Below are positions 51,611 through 63,200 of a DNA stretch of 64,000 nucleotides, piece by piece. Each line of letters starts with the position of its first letter. Positions within the stretch are counted from its first letter, which is position 1. The position numbers and the translations under genes were made by a program. The notes below the pieces were generated by a model. The model was not told where the DNA came from. It did not search any database and worked only from the letters and a program-made list of their open reading frames with translations. The stretch is from Jimgerdemannia flammicorona (taxonomy: Eukaryota): NCBI GenBank assembly GCA_003990765.1, contig RBNJ01000011.1:1-64000 (forward strand), written 5' to 3'.

Positions 51611-53227
51611 AGGCCGCACCGCTTGTACGTGCCGTGCGATGTTTAAAAACGCGAAAAATTGCCGGACAACCTCCGGCGCGAGGCTCTAGGCCTGACACCT
51701 GCGTACCTACACTCCATGACGCCTGTCTACCTCCGCTCGCTTCGCTCGCTCCGGTGCCGAGGCTCTACTCCGCTCCAGTCGCGAGGCTCTAGGCCTGACG
51801 CCTGCGCCTTCGGATGCTGACGATTTTTAGGTTTTTAAACCTATAAGTGACAATCATGTGACGACACGTGTTGCGTCATTGGTCTAGTTCCGTTTTTGGC
51901 ATTGTTTACTGATTGTGTAACATTAGATCACGTGACCGGTACCTTTTCCCGATTGTTTCTATATCGGGTTTTTAATGGCCCGTCACGTGTGTAGATCGAC
52001 GAAGCCCGATTCAGACCTTTGTTTGGATCGGGGCAAGGCTCGGGTACTTATGCACCTGTCCGATTCCGGAATTCCGGGGTTAGATCCATGTCTTTGTTTA
52101 TCCGAACTTTGTTTCTCAAATTGAATAAAGACCATCGCAAACTGCGGTGCCATGGGCGGGTTGCAGATCTATTGCACCTTGCTTCGGAAAATACTTTATT
52201 CCACTTTCTGTTCTGTCATGAAAATTCACATAAGCTTTTCATAACTGTTTGACCTTTTACTGCCGACCTTCATATCCGCCGTAACAGTATCACATCTCGC
52301 TCAAACCTCTTCCGCTATTATCTACTCGTTTTATAATAAAAAAAAAAACAATGGTTGATTCGAATCAATCCAGATTAAATTGACTCATTAGGAGCACTAT
52401 TATCAAGTTATCCAATATTCCCAGAGAGTCTGCCAATTCAGAAGAATCTATGTCAAACTAAGTTATCTACCAAAACTAAGTTATCTGAGTTATTAAATCA
52501 AATTTCCCACTAAATACAAAATACTACTAAGATCATTATACTGAAATCATATAAGGAAACTACCAAATTATCAGACTGATCTATATGAGGAACTCACTTA
52601 TACTATATAAGAGATTATTATATAAAAATTATATACTTTTAGAAGATTATGTACTACTACTTAAGAAAGAAACTACTAAATTAGTAAATCACTATATTAT
52701 ACTAAATCACCACTATATCTAAGAACTATTCCAATAAAGAAATTGACATACAAATATATAACTATATTCAGATTTAACTATTATACTACTAAATACTAAG
52801 TACCTTAAGAATTATAAAATATTTTATTGCTTTTTAACAAAATAACTAGAGGCTCAAGTCAAACTATATCAATTCTCAACTTTGTAATTTGTCTCTATTG
52901 AGCTAAGTATATTATTCTAGTGTCAAATATTATAGAGCTAGATATTATAATTTTTAAATATATAATATAAAGTTATTAATATTATTTTTATAAGCAAATT
53001 CTATAAGCTTATAATAATCAATAGCAAAATTTACATCTTTGCAAATTATATGATATTGTATTCAAATAATGCAACATTATATAAAAGAATGCTAGAAGCT
53101 ATATACAATCTTTAATATTACTTCAATATAGTCTTTTAATATAGTAAATACTGCTTATATTTAATTACTAGTATAAAAATTATTTTTCATATCTTAATAA
53201 TGATTTCAGTCTTAATAATCTGTTTTT

Positions 53228-53390
53228 AGAAATTGAAACATCAACTAATGATAGTTTAACTGATAATATTATTCTAGAAGTCAATATACCTATTAATAAT
53301 AATATTTCAGAAATCAATATACCAACTATCAATATAAGTATAGAAATCAATATATTAACTATTGATAACAATACTATGAAAATTAATCAA
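53228..53390. repeat. Degenerate ~33-bp tandem repeat (AGAAATCAATATACC...)
   Basis: Three to four units beginning agaa(a/g)tcaatata at 33-bp spacing. Confidence 0.5.
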
Positions 53391-53814
53391 TAATATAAGT
53401 CTGAAATATATTATATCAAATAAAATATAAAACTAGAGATTGATATATCTAATAGTAATATATTTTTGACAAATCTCTATAATTGAAAATCTTTAACTCA
53501 ATTAAATCAGTAGTATGGTATTCTTTATTTGTTTAGATTTATTATCTATAATATATTGATAATAGTTTTAGAGAGTAGATTATTATAATATAAAGTCAAG
53601 AGATTATTTAAAGAAGATTTCTTACTATTCTTTAAATATTCACAATAATTAAATAAATATTCTCTTTGGTAATATAACTTTCTTCTCCTTATCTTTATTA
53701 TAAATATTATTATCTATCTTTTCTTCTATTTTCTTTAGATATAGTGCTTAAATTATCTTTATATTATATACTTATAAAAGGACTATAGAGAAGCTTAATG
53801 AGATAGTAGTATAT

Positions 53815-54842
53815 TATAATGTGCCTGACTCAATGGAGGTAAATTATAAGATTGGGAGTTGGTGTAGTTTGACTTGAGCCCCTAGTTACTTTATTAAAAG
53901 TAATAAAATATTCTTAGTATTTAGTGGTACATATAATAGTCAAAGCTGGATATCTGTGAGTAATTTGTGTATCAATTTCCTAATTGGGATAGTTCTCTGG
54001 GTATAGTAGTAATTTGTGTAAATGGGTTTCCTTCTTGGATCAATTTGAGAATTAGTAGAATTCATATATAGTATGATGATCTCCAAAAGTATATGATTTC
54101 TGGTATGATGATCTTAGCAGATCTTTTTATATAGATTTGATGAATAACTCAATTTGGTGTAGATTTACTGAAATAGTAGCTTACTGGGAATTATACTGGT
54201 AGTGGGTTCTTCAAATTGGGCTTACTGGGAACAATAACTCAGATATTACAGATTCTTCTTAACTGACAGCTTCAACTGGGAATATGAATAGCTGACAGCT
54301 TTGGAAAGAGTCTCTTGTCAAAGTTACATCAAAGACTAACTTTGTTTATATAACAGATCACTGTGAAGTTATATCAGAAACTGGCTTAAGTAAGGCAGCT
54401 TTCTTTTAGGCTTTCTGAGAATGTAAAGAATAACTTGGAAATGGCAGCAAAGTTCTTCCTTGAACTTTGATAGCAAACTTGGATTCTTTAGGCTTATCTG
54501 GTAAGTATATCAATAGTGTAGCTTATTTCTTAAGTAGCAGGTTCTTCAGGCTTAGTCTGGTAAGCATACTAATAATTTCAAAGGCAGCAAAGTTCTTCAC
54601 TTAAACTTGGTAGCAAAATCAGCTTTATATTAGAAAGTGGACCAGAGTGGAGAAATAAGCTCACAATCTCATAGTAGTGGCTATAGAGTTTCTTTTGAAG
54701 TATGGTAGGCAGACTTGTTTTTTACTTCAATTTCAGTTTATATAGTTGTAGTTACTACAGATTACTATATTGCTAACTATAGATTGCTAACTATAGTACA
54801 TAAGTATTCCTTGAGGGTACAGTGTATCTTAAGAGTATAATA
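53815..54842 (-). repeat. Gypsy family B LTR, inverted, truncated at the MITE
   Basis: Reverse complement matches 58785-59696, including the LTR end (CAGGCACATTA[C>T]A). Confidence 0.7.
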
Positions 54843-55266
54843 TAGTCCTCCAAAATGAGTTGAATCAATTCGAATTGAATCAAATTGAGGGTTAAATGAG
54901 TCAAATCGAATTGGGGATTTTTCAATTCAAATCAATTCAAATCAAATCAAAAGTCAAATCAAATTGAGGGTCTGATTCAAACCCTAAATTTCAAAATGCA
55001 ATAACTCAGCGTAAACCCATTCAAATCTAACATACTTTAGCTTGTTAGAATCACATTAATACGGTGAATCTAACAAGCTAAAATACGTTAAATTTGGATG
55101 AGTTTTCGTCGAGTTATTACATTTTGAAAATTAAGATTTGAATCGAACTTCAAATCAAATTGGACCTTTGATTTGATTCAAATCGAATTGAATTGGACCC
55201 TTGATTCGATCGAATTGAATCGAGTTTGGGCCAAATTCAATTTAATTCAATTTATTGGGAGCACTA
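54843..55266. mobile_element. hAT-type MITE (related termini), no matching TSD
   Basis: TAGTCCTC...GAGCACTA termini, many AATCGAATT/GATTCAAAT subrepeats and an internal hairpin at ~54995-55125. Confidence 0.65.
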
Positions 55267-55324
55267 GACCAGGTTCTCCTTCCTCATCAAGAACCCCTGC
55301 CTCATCTGGCTATTAGCTATCACA

Positions 55325-55750
55325 TTTCTTTTTTTTTTTCCTAATTCTCCATCATACTCTTATCAACAGTTACTCCCCTAGCCACAGCACCCCCAATATC
55401 TATGCCCACATCCCCACCTGAGTACCACTCTCCCTTCTGATACTAGTTTTGTCCTTCCCTTCAGCAGTACCAGCCCTAGTTCTAGCTGGCCATTCACTCA
55501 CCTTTATCTTGTCTGCAAAGCTAGAGGGGCCAGACTCTCCCTCAGTTCCTCCTGATACCAGTCCTTCTCCAGAGCCTTCTCTATCCTTCAACCCTCCAAA
55601 AGCCCCCATCTCCAGTCTATAACCTCTCCCCACATTCTGCCAGCCAAATACCCTGAGTCTACCTGATCCAGTACACTCATCAGAACTCTTGCTGGATGAC
55701 ATTTTTATAGTACCTTTTCTCTAAGTTGTATCGAAAACCATTACTTGAAG
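55325..55750 (-). mobile_element. Short poly(A)-tailed 5' fragment of an L1/Tx1-like element
   Basis: FGWQNVGR...SSFADKIK resembles L1 ORF1 FEWQQVGR...VSFAEKVK. The 5' UTR TTTCGATACAAC..GAGAAAAGGTACTA resembles 26369-26400. T-run at 55325-55339. Confidence 0.55.
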
Positions 55751-55759
55751 TTGGTATAA

Positions 55760-58700
55760 CATGAATTATATAGGAGAAAGGTATGATTACCTAAAGATAT
55801 TTGAAAAGGAGTATATTTAAGAACTCTTGGACAATAGAGTCACCTGACCCTCTACTAGTCCTTGGGCCAGTTCTATACTTATTGTATCAAAGAAAGGAGG
55901 ATGAAGACTCTGTATAGATTACAGAAAACTCAATTCAGTAACTGAAAAGAATATCTATCCTTTGCTTAGAATTGATGACCTTTTGGACCAATTATAAGAT
56001 ACCAGATACTTCAGCAGTATAGACCTTTTGCAGGATTCTATAAGATCCCTATAGACCCAAAAGACATTCAGAAGACAGTCTTTCTTGCTCTAGAAAAACT
56101 GTTTAAATACCTCTGAATACCCTTTGGACTTTGCAATATACCTCCCACCTTCTAGAAAATGATGAATTCAGTCTATATCTCTCTGATCCACTACTGCCTA
56201 ATTGTATATATGGATAATTCAAACATCTATTCAGTAAATTTCAAGAAACATCTATACTATCTAGAAGAATTCTTTAAGCTCACTCACAAAAACCACCTAA
56301 GACTCAATACTAAGAAATGCTACTTTGGGAAACAGAAACTTGAATTCCTTAAATTTATAGTTTTGAAAGAAGAAATCCATACAGACCCAAAGAAAACTGA
56401 GAAGATCAACAATTGGCCAGTATCCAAGACTCCAAAGGAAATACTATACTTTCTAATACTAGTATTCTTCTACAGAAGGTTTATTAAGGACTTTGCCTAA
56501 ATTGCTATCCCAATTTGAATCTTTCTCAAGAAAGAAATATCTTATAAATAGACAGAATCACAAGAACTAGCCTTCAAAGAACTCAAGCACTACATAACTA
56601 TAGCACCAATCCTTGTATACCCCAATCTACAGAAGCCATTCATCTTATATATAGATACTTTCAAGAATAGCCTGAGAGTCATCTTAGCTCAAGAAGGATC
56701 TGATCAATAGTATCATGTGATAGCTTATATAAGTCAAGCTACCAATTAGTAGTAAATAAATTATGGCAGCACTAAATTGGAATGTCTTGCAGTCATATGA
56801 GCAGTTACTCTGTTCAAGCATTACTTTATCAGAAAAAGATTCACTCTGATAACAGATCATATAGCTATTCAACTATAAGAAACCTATCAGAATCCTAGCC
56901 TGCTGGATTCTTATCCTCTAGGATTACAAAATCACCATCATTTATAAAGCAGAGAAAGCTTACAATAATATTGATGTACTTTCTCATCAACTCTAATAAA
57001 CCAGAAGAAAGGTGTCTCAAGGAACTATACTCTAAAGGAAGCTTCTCTAACCATCAAGATACAAGAAGACCTCATCTGAAAAGAACATCAGAAAGTCTAT
57101 TAAGGACAGACAAATATAGAAGAAAAGCTATGAACAATATATCAACATTAGCTCAATCTCAGAAGACAAGTCCAGGATATACTCAAGAAATATGATATCT
57201 ATCAGAAGTACTAAGAAAGAAAGAACCACCAAGCACTATTATAACCAATTATACCACTAGACAATATCTTTCAAAAATGAGTAGATATAATTGGACCTCT
57301 ATCAGTACACTAAGAAGAAACAAGTATATTCTTATATTTGTAGAATATCTGACCAAGTGGCCTGAGGCTTTTTCTATAGAAATTACAGATGTCTTAACTA
57401 TTGTAGACCTTCTCCATAGACTCACTCTCAGATATAAACTCTCAGAAGAACTTATCTCTGACTGAGGTACAGAATTCATCAACAACATAATTATAAGTTA
57501 TGCCTGAATTCACAAGATCTATCTCAAATAGACTATATCATATTACTCTTAGACCAATGGTATAATAGAAAAAATAAACTAAACTATAAAGAAAGAACTT
57601 GTCTAAGTCAATTCTACCAACTGAGATCTCTGCTTATCTGAGATCTTATGGGAAATCTGGAACACCCCTGCTGCCTTTATCAAATAAAAGTCATTCAAAA
57701 TGATATTTATCAAGAAAACTAGAACTGCTGACTATGAGAATCTCAGAGACCTCCTCAAGAAGGCAGAACTGTTACATAATCAAACATAAGTTCAGATTAT
57801 CAAAGTTTAGGAAAGACAAAAGAAGTACTATGATCAAAAGTAAAAGGATTAGGAGATCAAGATTATAGATCAAGTACTAGTTTGGAAAAGTATAATTGAA
57901 ACAAATTTTGCTGCCAAACAAGAGCCCAAATGAAAAAGATCTTATCTTATATACAATATCAGAGGAACTAGTATCTATTTAAGAAGTATAAATAGACAAA
58001 CTCTCAGGACACCAGTACACATCAATTACCTCAAGATATATATCTCTCTCTACTATAAACTAGACAATTGACCAGTATCTCCAGACCCTTATCCTGAGTT
58101 CATTCTAATCTCTCTCAGTTCTCCTTCTACAATTCTGATAAGTCAATGGAAACCCCCTCCAGCAAATCCAGATTCATCAGAAGAATCTCATCCTGATCAG
58201 ATATTTACTGCAAGTCTACCAGCTACAGGTCTACTATATAATTAGAGAACAATTGCAGAACCTTCTAGCAGCAGACCTAACCTACATCAGGAACTCCACT
58301 GGCTTCACTCAGAAAAACAACATTGCTGTAGACAGATTGTATATAATCTATAAACAAAACATTCTAGCACTGATATAGGCCCAATTCTCTCTAAATGATA
58401 TACAAAATATGAATTCCACTACCTACTAAAGTATCATCAACTATATTGAGATCCTGTTCTCAGAGAAAGAAGAAGAATCTGTCAAGTGGAGTAACTCTGA
58501 TCTAAATGAAGATACTGGTTCAGATATTGATGCTGAAGATACTTATGTATATTAAAATAATGACTAAAGTATAGTCTGAGAATAGACTATCTTTTAGTGG
58601 AAGTTGATATAATGAGTAACAGAATTGTACTGCCAAAAATTATAAATTAGCTATATATCATATTTAGTATACTAAGCAACTAAGACTGCTTTACTATGTT

Positions 58701-59696
58701 AACTTATATAATTAGCCAGAGATATCAGAAACAGTATGTTTATCTATACCAAGTAGATATGTATACTATACTAAGTGGGTATACTATACTGAGTGGATAT
58801 ACTATATCATCTAGGAATACTTATTATAGATAGTAATCTATAGTTAGCAATATAGTAACTAGATAGCAACCAGAACTATATAAAATATTCCAGAGACAAG
58901 AGTGAATAAACTTTAGTCTGAAAAGTTGAAGTAAACTAAAAAAAACCTTTAAAGATTGATTGATATACTTGCTAGATAAGTCTAAAGAAATCTGTCAAGT
59001 TCAAGAAAGAACTTTGCTATCTTTTGAAGAATTTACTATTTAAGGAAAAGCTATTATTGTTAAGGAAGTCTGCTATATTTTATCCACTATCTGGCCACAA
59101 AGTCTGTCTGTTAACACAACTTTACAGTAAACTCATTTGCATAAATAAAGTCAGTCTTTAATATAACTTTACTAAGAAGAAGAAAATCTGAGTTATTATT
59201 CAAGAATCCAACTGATTCAGGAAGAATTCATACTATCTAAGTTATCTACCATTCTTAGAAGAACTGCTAAGTTATTATTCTCAGTAAGTCTGATTCAGAC
59301 CAAAACTAAGTTATCTACCAAATCAAGTTATCTACCAGAAATTACATACTTTTGGTAATTACTACCACTTAAGGAGAAAACTACTAAATTGCCAGATTAT
59401 CATACATAAGGAACTCACTGTACTACATAGAGATCATTATGCTATATAAGATATTGTCATGCTGAAATTACATATTTTGGAGAATACTTATATTATATAT
59501 AAAATTACTGCTATATCTAGAGAACTATCTCAATAAGGAAATTGATATACAAATTGACTGCTGTATTCAGATTAACTATTATATTACTAAATACTAAGAA
59601 TATTTTATTACTTTTGACAAAGTAACTAGAGGCTCAAGCTAAACTACATTAACCCTCAACCTTATAATTTGTCTCCATTGAGCCAGGTATATTACA
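55760..59696 (+). mobile_element. 3' half of a decayed Gypsy family B element: RT, RNase H, separate integrase, ORF3 and 3' LTR (58608-59696)
   Basis: [50 protein letters not shown] and a decayed HHCC. The LTR ends ...GGTATATTACA. Confidence 0.8.
58040..58555 (+). pseudogene. ORF3 homologue of Gypsy family B (171 codons, decayed)
   Basis: QVYYII[G]EQLQN...NNIAVDRLYIIYKQNILALI*AQFSLNDIQNM parallels ORF3 QEYFKLGQVLNQ...IAKRIHKLFREDESALVHL.GVTPSDFDRV, and the position after integrase is the same. Confidence 0.55.
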
Positions 59697-60208
59697 ATAT
59701 AATATATATTTTCTAATTAGAGAAGATTATTTTTATAACTATTTAAATAAATTATATAATTGATATAATTATCTGCAAAATTATATAATAGTATTTAGGG
59801 TCTGAAAGAAATATATGTATTAGTAAAATATAATAAAAAGATCTCATAGTCAAAACTATTTTTCTACTAAGATATCTATTATAAAATTATATATATATAT
59901 ATATTAGTCAATATAGAGTATTATATTATATTTAAAATATAAATATATATATATAGTAATATATAGCTATACCTTAGTAGTAATGATATATATTTATTAT
60001 TCTAATATTTGATATCTAGAGTGATCTAGCAGCTAATATTTCTAGATATACTAGAATAGAATCAATTACTTATAATTGAATATCTTTGTTCATTGAGTCT
60101 AGAATTGTAATAAATAGTCTATTCCTTATATTGTAATCAGATATAGGCAAATTTGTCTATAAAAAATTTAATTTAAAATTTTTAAATTTTTTTTTTTAAT
60201 ATAATATA

Positions 60209-63200
60209 TTTTTTTTTATTATTATTAAATATATAAATAATAGAGGAAAATGTTATATTGAGATATAATACTGATATGGTAGATATAAAGATCAGCAGTA
60301 AGAGTCAAGTAGATAGAAATAAAAAAGCTTATATAAAATTTTATAATAGAGTAAGAAAGTAGAATAAAGTATTTTCTGAAGCAAGATATAATTGATCTGT
60401 AACCCACTATTGACACCACAGTCTGTGATAGTCTTTATTCAAATTTGATAATAAGGTTTGATTATAAGAAACATAGATCTAATCTCAGAATTCTGGAATC
60501 AGAATAGTGTATAAGTTCCTAAATCATTACTCAATCCAAACAAAAGTCTGAATTGGTCAATATTAATCTATGCATGTGACAGATCATTAAAAACTCAATA
60601 TAGAAATGATCAGAAAAAGGTACTAGTTATGTGATCAAATATTATATATATATAAATAATACCAAAAACAGAACTAGACCAATGATAGTTATGTAATTGT
60701 CACTTATAGAGTTTAAAACCTAAAAATCATTAGCACCTAAAGATACAGGCATAAGGCCTAGAGTCTTATAACTAGAGCAGAGTAGAGTCTTGATACTGGA
60801 GCAAGTAAAGTAAGCAGAGATAGACAGGTATTATAGAGTATAGATATACAGGTGTCAGGCCTAGAGCCTCACATTGGAGGTTGTCTAGCAATTTTTTTGC
60901 ATTTTTAAACATTGCACAGCATATATGGACAGTACAGTCTTCAAAGAGAACTTAGAGTAAAACTAGTATTTGAGATAGTATTAAGAACAGTAAAACCATT
61001 CTTTTAGATAATGATTGGTCATCAGATAGTTGCAGAGAAATCAAAATGAAGTAAAGTAGTATATAGAGTCTTGTCAGGCTATTGATATAGCCATTAGGCT
61101 GTATTATATTAGATAACAAGCAATAGAGAAGGAAAAGTGGAGTAGGGAATAGAGGGGTGGGAAATAAGGAGAGGGGTTAAAAGTAAAGTTCAAATCTCAA
61201 ACTAGTCAATCAAACTCAATTGAGTGATTATAATATCAACAGGGTATCCTTTTCTGTAAACCAGGAATTTGGCTAGAGACTAATACTCATTAAGTTAATT
61301 ATGGTAAAATGAGTAAAGTAGTAATAGGTGGTAGATCTCATTTACAATATATAGATATAGTATCTTTCTAGGGTAATTGCTCAATCAGTTGACAAGCTGA
61401 GTACTTTATGAAAATTTGGTAAAATGACCTATGCAGAATGGTGTGACTCAGATTTTTAGGTCCAAGTAATGATACAGCCCAGCAGATAAGACTTTCTATT
61501 CAATATGATAGTATGGAGAGTATATAGCACTGAAGATCAAGATTAAGTCTATAATTGTAGATGTAAAGATAATTAAGTCATTGATAAACCAGCTGAACTT
61601 TAGCCTAGCAGCTATGACTCAACTAAGTAGATAATTAGGTATTTGTAAGGTATATAATTTATAAGTGAAACCAATGATATTAGTAAGATCTAAAGTATAA
61701 TTGGTACCTATAGTAATGTCAGTAATGAGTGAAAGGAACTAATAGCAGATGTAAATATCATATGAGTCATGACTATGTAAATAAGGCCTAGAATGGCTTC
61801 AAGCAGCAGAGAGCTAGAGAGAAATACTATGGTCAACAGAAAGATGAGATAGTTGATGCACTCATCTAGTGTGATCCTGATATAGAATATAGCAAAATTC
61901 CCAGTAGTGATGAGACAGCAATCAGATACATCCAAGTAATCTAATTGAACTAATTGTAAAAGTTTGAGCATATTATACAGAGGTAAATATCATAAATAAT
62001 CCACATTATAGTATAGATAGACTAACTACAAATAGAGAAAGTAAGATAGAAAATATGAAATCTCAATTATAGGAGAGTTACATAAATACTCTAATGATAG
62101 AGTATCATACTATGTAAGCTCTTTTGTATACCTTGGGTAGAGTATAAAACACAGGTAGCTTATAATCATTAGGTTCTATAAGGTGATCCCAGATCAGCAT
62201 ACAACTTGAATTTCTGATACAGAACTCCAATAGACTCAATAGATCTAACCTCACTGATTCCTTAATATTATCAATTATAGAGAAATAATTCACATATACA
62301 GGATTGTGAAAGAGAGACTAAAGACCATCAAGATACAGAGTATATAAAATAATAATAAACTTCAGATTTTTGTTAGTAAGATAAACAGTAAAGTCATCAT
62401 AAGTATAGACATCTTTAAGAAGACATCAAAACTTCTTCAGTATAAGTATACTAGATATATTTGTTATAGGTCAGATAGCTTGATTCAACATAGCACTAAT
62501 ATGATGTATAATTTGTATATTTTCTATATAGTATAGTAGTTACCATTTAGATGATACCCAGGTAGAGATCTCTGAAATATCATCAGAATTACCTATAGAG
62601 GTCTAGAAGATGACAAGGTCAAGACACTGTTGGAATGACAATAATAAAATTAGATTGATGGTACTATTCATCAATATCAACTCAGAGAGAATAAACTTTG
62701 AGCCAAAGTTCAGCATATACATGAGCTTGGGGATAAGCTAAGATAGAGGTATATTAGTAACAAAGCTCTCCTCAGTAAACATCTAAAACTGAGGAATGAA
62801 AAACTGACTTAAGTGGGAGCTGAGAAGAGTAGATACATATAAAGACAAAATCCTGAATTGGTATCAAGACTGCTACTCTATATAGAATGGGGACATTGGG
62901 GCCAAACCATGCTAATATAAGACATCCAGGCTGGGGATCTCTATTTTTTTGAAGCTAGAGGATAGATATTATCAGCATTATACTAGATGATATAATATTT
63001 AGTAGCAGTATATTTATTGTATTGTGGTACAAATACCCTAGTGGTGCTCTTAGATGAGTAGCTCAAAGTTGATGAGTAGCTGGTTCTAGTAAAAGTAGAA
63101 AAAACAGATAGGAAAAGAGAAGTTCTTTATACTCTCTTGGTCTCTTTTATAGAACCCACTGACTTAGTAGGGGCTAGGGGGCAAGGATCTCAATGGATCT

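Larger units (their letters stand above)
47743..52348 (+). mobile_element. Penelope-like retroelement (EN-less), right arm B
   Basis: 698-bp direct pLTRs (47743-48440 and 51641-52338), ORF1, ORF2 and poly(A) to 52348. Confidence 0.9.
42836..52399. mobile_element. hAT-type non-autonomous foldback element (~0.55 kb: 42836-43338 plus 52349-52399) carrying the PLE dimer
   Basis: TIRs TAGTGCTC..A(C/T)GAGTCAAT / ATTGACTCATT.GGAGCACTA, 8-bp TSD TTATCAA(A/G) (42828-42835 and 52400-52407), GATTCGAATC subterminal repeats and an internal palindrome centred near 43170. Confidence 0.8.
40736..52916 (+). mobile_element. Internally deleted, decayed Gypsy family B element (LTR remnant, PBS, gag start, 3' LTR interrupted by MITE/PLE)
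   Basis: LTR end ...GGCATATTACA at 41278, decayed tRNA-Pro-type PBS at 41281-41297, and gag MATPLPTFVGYSEEDPRKFL at ~41872. Segments 42280-42835 and 52400-52916 match LTR 58608-59696. Confidence 0.65.

Noticed and set aside
51815-51860. Possible hammerhead ribozyme core CTGACGA in the 3' pLTR
   Set aside because: Other pLTR copies read CCGAC(G/A)A, so the T is a CpG decay product, and no suitably placed stem II-GAAA was found.
43339-52348. Palindrome as a fold-back read or assembly artefact
   Set aside because: The arms differ at many CpG sites and carry arm-specific stops, and both ends rejoin the same MITE with its TSD. Read-level confirmation is still advisable.
43339-52348. DIRS/tyrosine-recombinase element or DNA transposon with long TIRs
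   Set aside because: The RT motifs are PLE-type. No RNase H, tyrosine recombinase or transposase was seen.
53811-59700. Single element with inverted LTRs and an ATAT TSD
   Set aside because: Both LTR 3' ends face outward, the left LTR is truncated at a MITE and ATAT is common here. Two rearranged relics are more parsimonious.
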